From assembly GCA_964409555.1 (NCBI GenBank), contig CAYPDP010000001.1:3978-67977 (forward strand): a DNA stretch of 64,000 nt. The letters are read 5' to 3'. Below are positions 47,829-56,142 of this stretch, piece by piece. Below the pieces are notes generated by a model. The model made no database searches. It was given only the letters and a program-made list of their open reading frames with translations, and was not told the DNA's origin. Numbering within the stretch: the stretch's first letter is position 1; each line of letters starts with the position of its first letter. The DNA is from Candidatus Woesearchaeota archaeon (GTDB lineage Archaea > Nanobdellota > Nanobdellia > Pacearchaeales > GW2011-AR1). The translations under genes and the position numbers were made by a program.

Positions 47829-50174
47829 TCAAATAAATTCAACATTAAATTTTCCGTTTTTAATTTCTTTAGAACTCGTAACAAATTTTAAATCTTCCAG
47901 AACTTCTTTTAATTTTTCTTTATCTTTTTTTTCTAAAGTTAAGATAATTTCCGCTTTCATTGATTTTTGTGCTTTTGATTTTTCTTGTCTTATTTTTGAA
48001 ATAATTTTAATCATTAATTCTAAAATTTCTTCATTATCTTTTTCTAATTTTTCTGGTTTAGGCCATTTAGTTAAGTGTATGCTTTTTTCTTTTATTTGTT
48101 TTTTAAAATAAGTTTGATAAATTTCTTCAGTAATAAATGGAATTATTGGGGCAAATAATTTTAATAAAATTAAGAGAGAATTGTAAAGAGTGTATTGTGC
48201 AGATATTTTTTTATTTCCTTTTTCATTATAAATTCTATATTTAACAATTTCTAAATAATTATCTGTGAATGTTTTCCAGAAAAATTTTTCAATACTTGAT
48301 TTAGCTTTTGAGTATTCATAATTTTTGAAATTATTTGTAACTTTTTCAATTAATTCATTTAATTTTCCTAAAAATAATTCATCTGTTTTTTCTAATTTTT
48401 CTGGTTTTTGATATTTATAATCTTCAAGATTCATAAAAATAAATTTAGAAGCATTTATAATTTTAATAATAAGTTTTTTTCCTGTGATTAAATCTTTTTC
48501 CTGATAATCCATATCTTCTCCTAATTTTGAACCTGCAGCCCAGAATCTTAAAGCATCTGCTCCATAAATTTCTATGATCTCTTTTGGATGAATTCCAGTT
48601 CCTTTGCTTTTAGACATTTTTTCTCCTTTAAATGTTGTAAATCCTGAAATTACAATATCTTTCCAAGGGATTTCTTTTTTATGCAAGTAGGATTTAACAA
48701 TTGTATAAAATGCCCAAGTTCTAATTATATCATGTGCTTGAGGTCTTAATGAGAAAGGTATATTTATTTTATTATTAACTAATGATGAGGCTATTTCAGG
48801 AGTTAGAGAAGAAGTTGCCCATGTATCTAAAACTCTTTCTTCACCTTTTGCAAATTCTCCGCATTTTTCGCATTTCTTTTTTATTTCTAAAGAGTCTATT
48901 GGAAGTTCTTTTTCTTCAGGTAAAATAATTTCATTACATTTTTTACATTCCCATATGGGGATTGGAATTCCAAAATGTCTTTCTCTTGAAATACTCCAGT
49001 CCCATTCCAAACCATTAACCCAATTTTCATATCGTTTAAACATAAATTTTGGATACCAATTTATTTTTTCTCCTTGTTTAATTAATTCATTTTTTTTATC
49101 TAAAATTTTAATGAACCATTGGTTTGTTGGAACAAATTCAATTTCAGTTCCACATTTATCATGAACATTAACAACATGTTGAATTTCTTTTTGTTCTTTA
49201 ATTAATTCTAATTTAGATAAATCTTCAAGAATTTTTTTTCTCGCATCTTTTATTTTTAATCCTTTGTAATTATCTATGTTTAAAGTCCCATTTTTATTTA
49301 GGATTATTTTTGGATTAAGTTTGTGTCTATTAATTGATTCAACATCATATTTATCTCCGTATGAACAAATCATTAAAACTCCTGTTCCTTTTTCAATTTC
49401 TGCAGATTTATCTTTTAGGATTGGAACTTCTGAATTGAATAAAGGAATTTTTGCTTTTTGACCAATTAAATTTTTATATCTTTTGTCTTCGGGATTTACA
49501 AATATTGCAACACATGCTCCTAAGAGTTCTGGTCTTGTTGTAGCGATTAATAAATCTTTATTATTAACTTTAAATTTAAGTGTGGAGAATAAAGTATTTT
49601 TTTCTTTATCTTCTAATTCTGCCTGAGCGATTGTTGTTTGACATTCAGGACACCATAAAGTTGGAAATTCTTTTTTGTAAATTTCTTCTTTTTTATAGAG
49701 GTCAATAAAAGATTTTTGTGATATTTTTTGAGAATGTTTATCAATTGTAGAATAATAAATACTATAATCACAAGATATTCCTAATTCTTTCCAATCATTA
49801 ATAAAATCAGGTGTTATTTTTTTTAAAGTTTCTAAACATAGTTTGATAAAATTCGCTCGAGACATACTTTTACTTTTTATCTTGTTTTTTTTCTCAACAA
49901 ATCTTTCTGTTGGAAGCCCATTATCATCAGTTCCAAAAGGATAAAATACTTCACCCTCTCCTTTTAAAAACATTCTCCAAAATCTTGCTATAAAATCTTG
50001 CTGAGAATATGAAAAAGCATGTCCTATATGCATATCTCCTGAAACATAGGGTGGAGGGGTATCAATTGAGTAAATTTTTTTAGATTTTAAATCTGTTTGA
50101 TAAGTTTTTTCTTTTTCCCATATTTTTTTCCATTTATCTTCAATTTCTTTTATATTAATTTTATTTTTACTCAT
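47829..50174 (-). CDS. valS: Class I aminoacyl-tRNA synthetase, most likely valyl-tRNA synthetase (compact form)
   Basis: PPPYVSGDMHIGHA (ValRS-type PPPxV[ST]G...HxGHA), KMSKSKG, and editing-domain region WCPECQTTIAQAELE (ValRS-like ...TAISDLEV). Confidence 0.6.
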   Translation of the reverse strand: MSKNKINIKEIEDKWKKIWEKEKTYQTDLKSKKIYSIDTPPPYVSGDMHIGHAFSYSQQDFIARFWRMFLKGEGEVFYPFGTDDNGLPTERFVEKKNKIKSKSMSRANFIKLCLETLKKITPDFINDWKELGISCDYSIYYSTIDKHSQKISQKSFIDLYKKEEIYKKEFPTLWCPECQTTIAQAELEDKEKNTLFSTLKFKVNNKDLLIATTRPELLGACVAIFVNPEDKRYKNLIGQKAKIPLFNSEVPILKDKSAEIEKGTGVLMICSYGDKYDVESINRHKLNPKIILNKNGTLNIDNYKGLKIKDARKKILEDLSKLELIKEQKEIQHVVNVHDKCGTEIEFVPTNQWFIKILDKKNELIKQGEKINWYPKFMFKRYENWVNGLEWDWSISRERHFGIPIPIWECKKCNEIILPEEKELPIDSLEIKKKCEKCGEFAKGEERVLDTWATSSLTPEIASSLVNNKINIPFSLRPQAHDIIRTWAFYTIVKSYLHKKEIPWKDIVISGFTTFKGEKMSKSKGTGIHPKEIIEIYGADALRFWAAGSKLGEDMDYQEKDLITGKKLIIKIINASKFIFMNLEDYKYQKPEKLEKTDELFLGKLNELIEKVTNNFKNYEYSKAKSSIEKFFWKTFTDNYLEIVKYRIYNEKGNKKISAQYTLYNSLLILLKLFAPIIPFITEEIYQTYFKKQIKEKSIHLTKWPKPEKLEKDNEEILELMIKIISKIRQEKSKAQKSMKAEIILTLEKKDKEKLKEVLEDLKFVTSSKEIKNGKFNVEFI

Positions 50175-50227
50175 ATTCTAAAATTCAATAATAATAACTT
50201 TTAAAAAGTATCTGTAATTAATAAAAT

Positions 50228-50389
50228 ATGGCAAAAGATAATAGTGTAAATCTTCCAGGAGGATTTGGAGGACTTGTAAGATATGATGAAGAATATGAAA
50301 GTATTTTTAATTTAAAACCCTCTCATATTATAGTTTTTATTGTTTTAATAATCGCGTTTAGATTTTTTTTAGGGGCGATTTTTAAATAA
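50228..50389 (+). CDS. secG: Preprotein translocase Sec61-beta subunit (archaeal SecG/Sbh1); not in the ORF track
   Basis: 53 aa, MAKDNSVNLPGGFGGLVRYDEEYESIFNLKPSHIIVFIVLIIAFRFFLGAIFK. GGLVRY[FD]EE plus a C-terminal TM is the Sec61beta signature. Confidence 0.5.
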   Translation: MAKDNSVNLPGGFGGLVRYDEEYESIFNLKPSHIIVFIVLIIAFRFFLGAIFK

Positions 50390-50405
50390 AATATTAATAA
50401 ATAAA

Positions 50406-50744
50406 ATGTTAGGCGGATTAAACCCAAAAAAAATGCAAGCACTCATGAAACAGATGGGAATGTCTCAAAATGAAATTCCTACAAGTAGAGTGATAATTGA
50501 AAAAGAAGATAATTCTAAAATTATTATTGAAAACCCTTCTGTAACAAAAATAACAATGCAAGGTCAGGAAACATTTCAGGTTGTAGGTAATGCTGTTGAA
50601 GTTGAGTCAGAGGAAGAAAAATTTTCTGAAGAAGATATTAAAACAGTTATTGAAAAAACATCTTGTACTCGTGAACAAGCAGAAAAAGTTTTGGAATCAA
50701 CAAATGGGGATTTGGCTGAAGCTATTTTGGAATTAAGTTCTTAA
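50406..50744 (+). CDS. nac: Nascent polypeptide-associated complex protein (archaeal NAC alpha; NAC plus UBA domains)
   Basis: MLGGLNPKKMQALMKQMGM and C-terminal UBA-like EQAEKVLESTNGDLAEAILEL. Confidence 0.75.
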   Translation: MLGGLNPKKMQALMKQMGMSQNEIPTSRVIIEKEDNSKIIIENPSVTKITMQGQETFQVVGNAVEVESEEEKFSEEDIKTVIEKTSCTREQAEKVLESTNGDLAEAILELSS

Positions 50745-51115
50745 TTTCATTATTTTTTAAATATATTCTTAATCATAGATTATTTATAAATAATTTTATT
50801 AGATTAAAATTATGGTAAAGCTCATAGATAAAGATTATACAATGAATAATAAAGAAATGCAGTCTATTTTAAAAGGTTCAATTATAAAATATATTTCTTT
50901 AATAGGATGAGTTTATTCTGTTACTAAAGATATTAATTTATTAATGATTATTGCTGCTGGAGCAGGTTATCTTCTTGGAGATATTATGCAAAAGGCTCAT
51001 AAAGATTCTTTAGAAGAAAGAAGATTTAAAGTTTTAGAAGAAAGATTAAAATAAGATTAATTTTTATTTTATAATTTTGCAAATAATTTATAAATATCCT
51101 TAAATTAATAAAAAA

Positions 51116-52330
51116 ATGACAAAAGAAAATTATCAACCTTCTCAAGAAATTCTTGATAAATATGCAGAGGTTTTAGTTAATTTTGCTTTAAATTCTGGTG
51201 AAGGTATTAAGAAAGGAGAAGTTGTTTTCTTGCAAGTTTCAGAGATAGCAAAACCTTTGTTAATTTCTTTAAGAAGAGCTGTTTTAAAATCTGGAGCACA
51301 CCCAATTATTCATTATTTACCTGATGATATGTCTAAAGAATTTTTTGAATTAGCAGAAGATTCTCATTTAAATTTTTTTCCAGATAAATATCTTAAAGGT
51401 AAAATTGAACAGGCAGACCATTTCATAAGTATTATTTCTGAAACAAATAAACAAGAATTAAAAGATATTGATCCTAAAAAAATAATGATGCGTTCAAAAA
51501 CATTTAAACCATATATGGATTGGAGAAATGAGAAAGAAAATAAAGGTAAATTTACCTGGGCTTTGGCATTGTATGGGACTGAGGCAATGGCTAAAGAAGC
51601 TAATTTGAATTTGGAAGAATATTGGAATGAAATAATTAAAGCGTGTTATCTTGATTTTGAAAATCCTGTTGAAAAGTGGAAAGAAATATCTGAAGAAATA
51701 TGTAGGGTAAGAACTAAACTTAATGAATTAAAAATTGAAAAATTACATATTAAATCAGAAAATATTGATTTGATTGTTTGGCTTGGAAAAAATAGGAAGT
51801 GGGTTGGATGTCCTGGAAGAAATATCCCTAGTTTTGAGATATTTATTTCTCCAGATTGTAGATTAACTGAAGGAAAAATTAAATTTAATCAACCATTATA
51901 TAGGTATGGGAATATTATAACTGGGATTAGTCTTGAATTTAAAGAAGGAAAAGTTGTTAATTTTAGTGCAGATAGAAATGAAAATGTTTTGAAAGAGATG
52001 ATTTTGTCTGATGAAGGTTCAAATAAAATTGGGGAGTTTTCTCTTACTGATTCAAGACTTTCAAGGATAAGTAAATTTATGGCTGAAACTCTATTTGATG
52101 AAAATATGGGTGGAGAATATGGAAATATGCATATAGCCTTAGGTTCTGCTTATAAAGATTCTTTTCCAGGAGATTATTCTAAAATAACTGAAAAGGAATG
52201 GAAAGAAATTGGATATAATGATTCAGTTGTTCATACAGATATTGTTTCTACTGAAAATAAAGAAGTAACAGCTTATCTTGAAAATGGTGAAAAAATTATT
52301 ATTTATAAAGAAGGAAAATTTACACTTTAA
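51116..52330 (+). CDS. Aminopeptidase, M29 (AmpS/PepS/aminopeptidase T) family
   Basis: N-terminus LDKYAEVLVNFALNSGEGIKKGEVVFL resembles M29 aminopeptidases. Length about 404 aa. Confidence 0.6.
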   Translation: MTKENYQPSQEILDKYAEVLVNFALNSGEGIKKGEVVFLQVSEIAKPLLISLRRAVLKSGAHPIIHYLPDDMSKEFFELAEDSHLNFFPDKYLKGKIEQADHFISIISETNKQELKDIDPKKIMMRSKTFKPYMDWRNEKENKGKFTWALALYGTEAMAKEANLNLEEYWNEIIKACYLDFENPVEKWKEISEEICRVRTKLNELKIEKLHIKSENIDLIVWLGKNRKWVGCPGRNIPSFEIFISPDCRLTEGKIKFNQPLYRYGNIITGISLEFKEGKVVNFSADRNENVLKEMILSDEGSNKIGEFSLTDSRLSRISKFMAETLFDENMGGEYGNMHIALGSAYKDSFPGDYSKITEKEWKEIGYNDSVVHTDIVSTENKEVTAYLENGEKIIIYKEGKFTL

Positions 52331-52337
52331 ATATAAA

Positions 52338-52628
52338 TTATTCTTGCATTATTTTTTCTAATTCTCCAATAAAATTAAACTTATGTTTTTCCATAAATCT
52401 TTTAACTTTTTCAGAAGTTTCAAATTCTTCATCTTTAAGATGTTTTCCATATAAAATAGAATCGCTTCCTTTAAATGAGTAAGTTTCACAAGTTTCACAA
52501 TAATATATTTTTCCCATATCTATAGATGATTTATTACTTGTTTTTTTAATAACAAAAGAACTTTCAAGATATGCTTTTCCACATTCTTTATGTTTTGGAG
52601 ATATCATATATATTAATACTTTTTTCAT
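52338..52628 (-). CDS. Hypothetical Zn-ribbon protein
   Basis: HKECGKAY ... YYCETCETYSF (C4-like). 96 aa. Confidence 0.3.
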   Translation of the reverse strand: MKKVLIYMISPKHKECGKAYLESSFVIKKTSNKSSIDMGKIYYCETCETYSFKGSDSILYGKHLKDEEFETSEKVKRFMEKHKFNFIGELEKIMQE

Positions 52629-52703
52629 TTAAAAATAATCTTTCTTTGATTTATAAATATTTTTATAGATAATTATATTAATTTAATTTATTTTTATTTA
52701 TTA

Positions 52704-53183
52704 ATGGTAGAATTTATGAAATCTTTGAATGGTGCAGAAAAAAGAATTGAAATAGCAAGTCATATGATTTATGTGATTTTTCCATTAATTAAAGATAAAA
52801 GAATTCTTATTAAAGTTATTTTAGAATTAAATTTTTCTGTTGTTGAATGTATTAATTTGATACTTCAATATGAGTATTTGTTTAAGAGAATTTTTTTGCA
52901 TAAAGATAAAAAAATTAATTTTGAAATATTTAAAGAAAAATGTGCTAAAAGATATAATATAACTGAAGATGAAATATCTAAGATAATTTTACTTTTTAAA
53001 TTGGTTAAAAAACATAAAAATAATTTTTCTGAATTTATTAAGGAAGATAAATTAATTATTTTGTCTGAAAATTTTAATAAAGAGGTTTTAACAATTGAAA
53101 AAATAAAGGAATTTATTGAATTATCACGTATTATTTTGGATAAAACAAGACAGATTTTTTCTAAATATAATTATGAAAATTAG
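52704..53183 (+). CDS. Hypothetical helical protein (paralog A)
   Basis: Shares EK[RK]I..A[SD]H[ML][IL]YV and general helical pattern with 53251..53691. Confidence 0.3.
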   Translation: MVEFMKSLNGAEKRIEIASHMIYVIFPLIKDKRILIKVILELNFSVVECINLILQYEYLFKRIFLHKDKKINFEIFKEKCAKRYNITEDEISKIILLFKLVKKHKNNFSEFIKEDKLIILSENFNKEVLTIEKIKEFIELSRIILDKTRQIFSKYNYEN

Positions 53184-53250
53184 AAAAAGTATAAAAAGGC
53201 ATATTTCTTGATTAATTACACTTCTAAATTTATACTGGTGAAGGAAAGTA

Positions 53251-53691
53251 ATGGAAGATATAATTCAAGAGAAAATAAGCGCAGACCATCTTTTATATGT
53301 GAGTTTAAAATATACTAAAACTTGTGATGTTATATTTAATTTGCTTATAAGATGGAGAAAAATGATTGAGACAAGCATAAATGCAATTTTAAATCATGCT
53401 AAAAAGAAAAAGAAAATTTCATCTGTTTCTACGAGTCCTATTAAAAAAGTAGAACAAATAAAAATATTGTTTAAAAATGATAAAGATTTTCTTGAAGTTA
53501 TAAAATTTTATGAGATGTTGAGAAAACTTGAAGATCTTAGAACTGAAAGAATTGGGGAATTTAGAAAGAATGTTAATTTAAAAATAATGTATCGGGGAAA
53601 AGAAATAAACATTAATTTAGAACAATTAAAAATTTATACAGATAAATTAGAAAAGTTTATAAGCACTACAAAACAATTTCTTTGGTCTTAA
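53251..53691 (+). CDS. Hypothetical helical protein (paralog B)
   Basis: See paralog A. The N-terminal motif EKISADHLLYVSLKY is shared. Confidence 0.3.
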   Translation: MEDIIQEKISADHLLYVSLKYTKTCDVIFNLLIRWRKMIETSINAILNHAKKKKKISSVSTSPIKKVEQIKILFKNDKDFLEVIKFYEMLRKLEDLRTERIGEFRKNVNLKIMYRGKEININLEQLKIYTDKLEKFISTTKQFLWS

Positions 53692-53794
53692 AAATTTTGT
53701 AATTTTGAGAAAATAGAAATTTCTTAATTTGATATATTAAAATTTTTTTAAAAGACAGATAAAATTTTGAAATTAATTCAAAAATATTTGTAAA

Positions 53795-54583
53795 ATGAAA
53801 AAAGTTATTGTTATAACGTCTGGGAAAGGGGGTGTCGGAAAGACTACTACTGCTATAAATTTAGGTGCAGCCATAAATTATTTTGGGGAAGATGTTTTAG
53901 TCGTTGACGGAAATTTATCAACTCCTAATGTAGGTATTCATTTGGGTTCTCCTGAAGCTCCTGTAAATTTAAATGATGTTCTTTTAAAAAAATCAGATGT
54001 TTTTGAAGCAGTATATGAACATGATTCTGGAGTGAAAATAATGCCTTCTTCTTTATCAATTAAAGAATTGGAAAAAATAAAACCTAAAAAAATAAAAGAT
54101 CTTAAAGGTGAATTTGAGAAAATATCTGATTATATAATTGTTGATAGTGCTGCGGGTTTAGGTGATGAGGCAAAATCAGTTATGGAAATAGCAGATGAAC
54201 TTATAATTGTAACAAATCCTGAGATGCCTGCTATAACTGATGCTTTAAAAGCGATAAAATTTGCAGAGAATCTAAAAAAACCAATTATGGGAATTATTGT
54301 TACAAGAGTTAAAAAAAATAAAATTGAAATGAGTGCAGATACTGTTAAAGATATGCTTGAGTCTCCTATTTTAGGGATGGTTCCAGAGGATATGTCTGTT
54401 TCTGAATCTCTGAGCCTTAAAGATGCAGTTGTTCATACTCATCCAAAATCAAAATCTGCAAGAGCTTATAAAGAAATTGCTGCAAAAATTATTAATGTTA
54501 ATTATGATTCAGATAAAGATAGAGAAAAAATTGTAAGAATTCTTCTTAAAAAATTAGGGTTAAAACACAAACCTTATTTTTAA
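53795..54583 (+). CDS. minD: MinD/ParA-family P-loop ATPase
   Basis: Deviant Walker A KGGVGKTT and MinD-like switch regions. 262 aa. Confidence 0.75.
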   Translation: MKKVIVITSGKGGVGKTTTAINLGAAINYFGEDVLVVDGNLSTPNVGIHLGSPEAPVNLNDVLLKKSDVFEAVYEHDSGVKIMPSSLSIKELEKIKPKKIKDLKGEFEKISDYIIVDSAAGLGDEAKSVMEIADELIIVTNPEMPAITDALKAIKFAENLKKPIMGIIVTRVKKNKIEMSADTVKDMLESPILGMVPEDMSVSESLSLKDAVVHTHPKSKSARAYKEIAAKIINVNYDSDKDREKIVRILLKKLGLKHKPYF

Positions 54584-54599
54584 ATTTCTTTTAAAAAAA

Positions 54600-54773
54600 T
54601 TAATCACTTATTGCATCAACTGGGCAAGATTCTATTGCTTCTTTTACACATGGAATATTTTTTTGAACTTTAACATGAGCTTTGTTATCATCTCGCATCT
54701 CAAAAACTTCCTCGCAAACTGAAGAACAAGTTCCACATCCAATACATTTCTCTTTATCCACTTTTATTACCAT
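54600..54773 (-). CDS. fdx: Small ferredoxin, single [4Fe-4S]; not in the ORF track
   Basis: 57 aa, MVIKVDKEKCIGCGTCSSVCEEVF...CPVDAISD (CxxCxxC...CP). Confidence 0.5.
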   Translation of the reverse strand: MVIKVDKEKCIGCGTCSSVCEEVFEMRDDNKAHVKVQKNIPCVKEAIESCPVDAISD

Positions 54774-54823
54774 TGAATTCTTTATTTAGATAGGTTTATA
54801 AATTTATTTTTTTTTAAGTAATT

Positions 54824-55381
54824 ATGATATTATTATTTTCAATAATCCTTGTTGTTTTTATAGCAATAATATTTTTCTATTATTATAATAGATTTGCTAT
54901 TTTATCTAATAGAATTGATAATTCTTTGAGTCAGATTGATGTTCAATTAAAAAGACGTGCAGATTTAATTCCTAATTTAATTGAGACAGTTAAGGGTTTT
55001 GCGAAACATGAGACTGCTGCTATAAAATCAGTTACTGAAGCGAGAAAAGCTTTAGTTTCTGCTAATAATGGAAAGAGTATGGAGAAAAAAGTTAAGGCAA
55101 ATAATCAGTTGGAATCTGCATTAAAAACAATTTTTGCAATTGCAGAAGGTTATCCTGATTTGAAAGCAAATACTAATTTTCTTGAATTACAGAGAGAATT
55201 AACTTCTACAGAAGATAAAGTTGCATATGCAAGACAATATTACAATGATAGTATTTTAACTTATAATAATTTATGTAAAACAATGCCTGGAGCTTTCTTT
55301 GCTAATCTTTATGGAAGAAAAGAAAAAGAATATTTGAAGATAACTGAAGTTGAGAAGAAATTAGTGAAAGTTAAATTTTAA
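54824..55381 (+). CDS. lemA: LemA-family membrane protein
   Basis: N-terminal TM then NRFAILSNRIDNSLSQIDVQLKRRADLIPNL, characteristic of LemA. Confidence 0.7.
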   Translation: MILLFSIILVVFIAIIFFYYYNRFAILSNRIDNSLSQIDVQLKRRADLIPNLIETVKGFAKHETAAIKSVTEARKALVSANNGKSMEKKVKANNQLESALKTIFAIAEGYPDLKANTNFLELQRELTSTEDKVAYARQYYNDSILTYNNLCKTMPGAFFANLYGRKEKEYLKITEVEKKLVKVKF

Positions 55382-55386
55382 TAATT

Positions 55387-56142
55387 TTAAGTTAAAATTA
55401 AATTTTTTTTAAATTCATAAATTTTATCTTTTCCAACTATGAAAATATTAAATTTCTTTAATTTTTTTTTAGGAATAATTGAAAAATCTTTGTATTTATT
55501 TTTTCCATAATCTTTATCTTGTTCAATGTCTGTTCCTTCTATTAGTGAGAAAAAACTTGGTAATATTATTATTTTCTTATTTTTCCATTTTCCTATAAGA
55601 AAACATTTGTATTTTTCTTTTTTTATACATCCAATTTTATCAGTTAAATAAGTTGCAGGGTGTAGATGTCCCATAACAATTGTTTTTATTTTTTTATCAA
55701 TAATTTCTGAAAAAATTTTGTTTCCATGTATAAATGCAATGTCATCTTGAATGTAATAATTTTTATATTTTCTAAAATCAAGTTCTATTTTTTCATGATT
55801 TCCTTTTAATAAAATTATATTTTTTTTATTTGTTTTTTTAAGGCAAGATTCAAGAAATTTTAAAAAATTTCTAATTTTAAATTTTTCTTCTAATTGAAAA
55901 TTAAAATGATGTTTTAAATCACCAAGAATAATTATTTTTTTAATTTCTAATTTTTCTTTTTTTAATTCTTTTAATATTCTTTTAATATTTGTTTTAGATT
56001 CTTCAAGCTGACTGAATGGAAAATTTACACCCTGATTTTTTAGCATTTGTTCGTACCCCAAATGTAAATCTCCAAAAGTTAAAATACCTGAATTATAAAA
56101 ATATAGAGCCTTATTTAATAATAAATAATCTTTCTTTTTCAT
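55387..56142 (-). CDS. Mre11/SbcD-like metallophosphoesterase (MPE nuclease) coupled to Lhr helicase
   Basis: GDLHLG, LGDLKHHF, GNHE, and GHLHP motifs. 4-nt overlap with the upstream Lhr stop. Confidence 0.65.
   Translation of the reverse strand: MKKKDYLLLNKALYFYNSGILTFGDLHLGYEQMLKNQGVNFPFSQLEESKTNIKRILKELKKEKLEIKKIIILGDLKHHFNFQLEEKFKIRNFLKFLESCLKKTNKKNIILLKGNHEKIELDFRKYKNYYIQDDIAFIHGNKIFSEIIDKKIKTIVMGHLHPATYLTDKIGCIKKEKYKCFLIGKWKNKKIIILPSFFSLIEGTDIEQDKDYGKNKYKDFSIIPKKKLKKFNIFIVGKDKIYEFKKNLILT

Noticed and set aside
50745-51115. Possible structured ncRNA (C/D box sRNA, SRP RNA) in the 370-nt gap
   Set aside because: No C box (RUGAUGA) or D box pairs, and no GC-rich helices. The region is very AT-rich. 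The more parsimonious reading is small ORFs, reported as a low-confidence finding.
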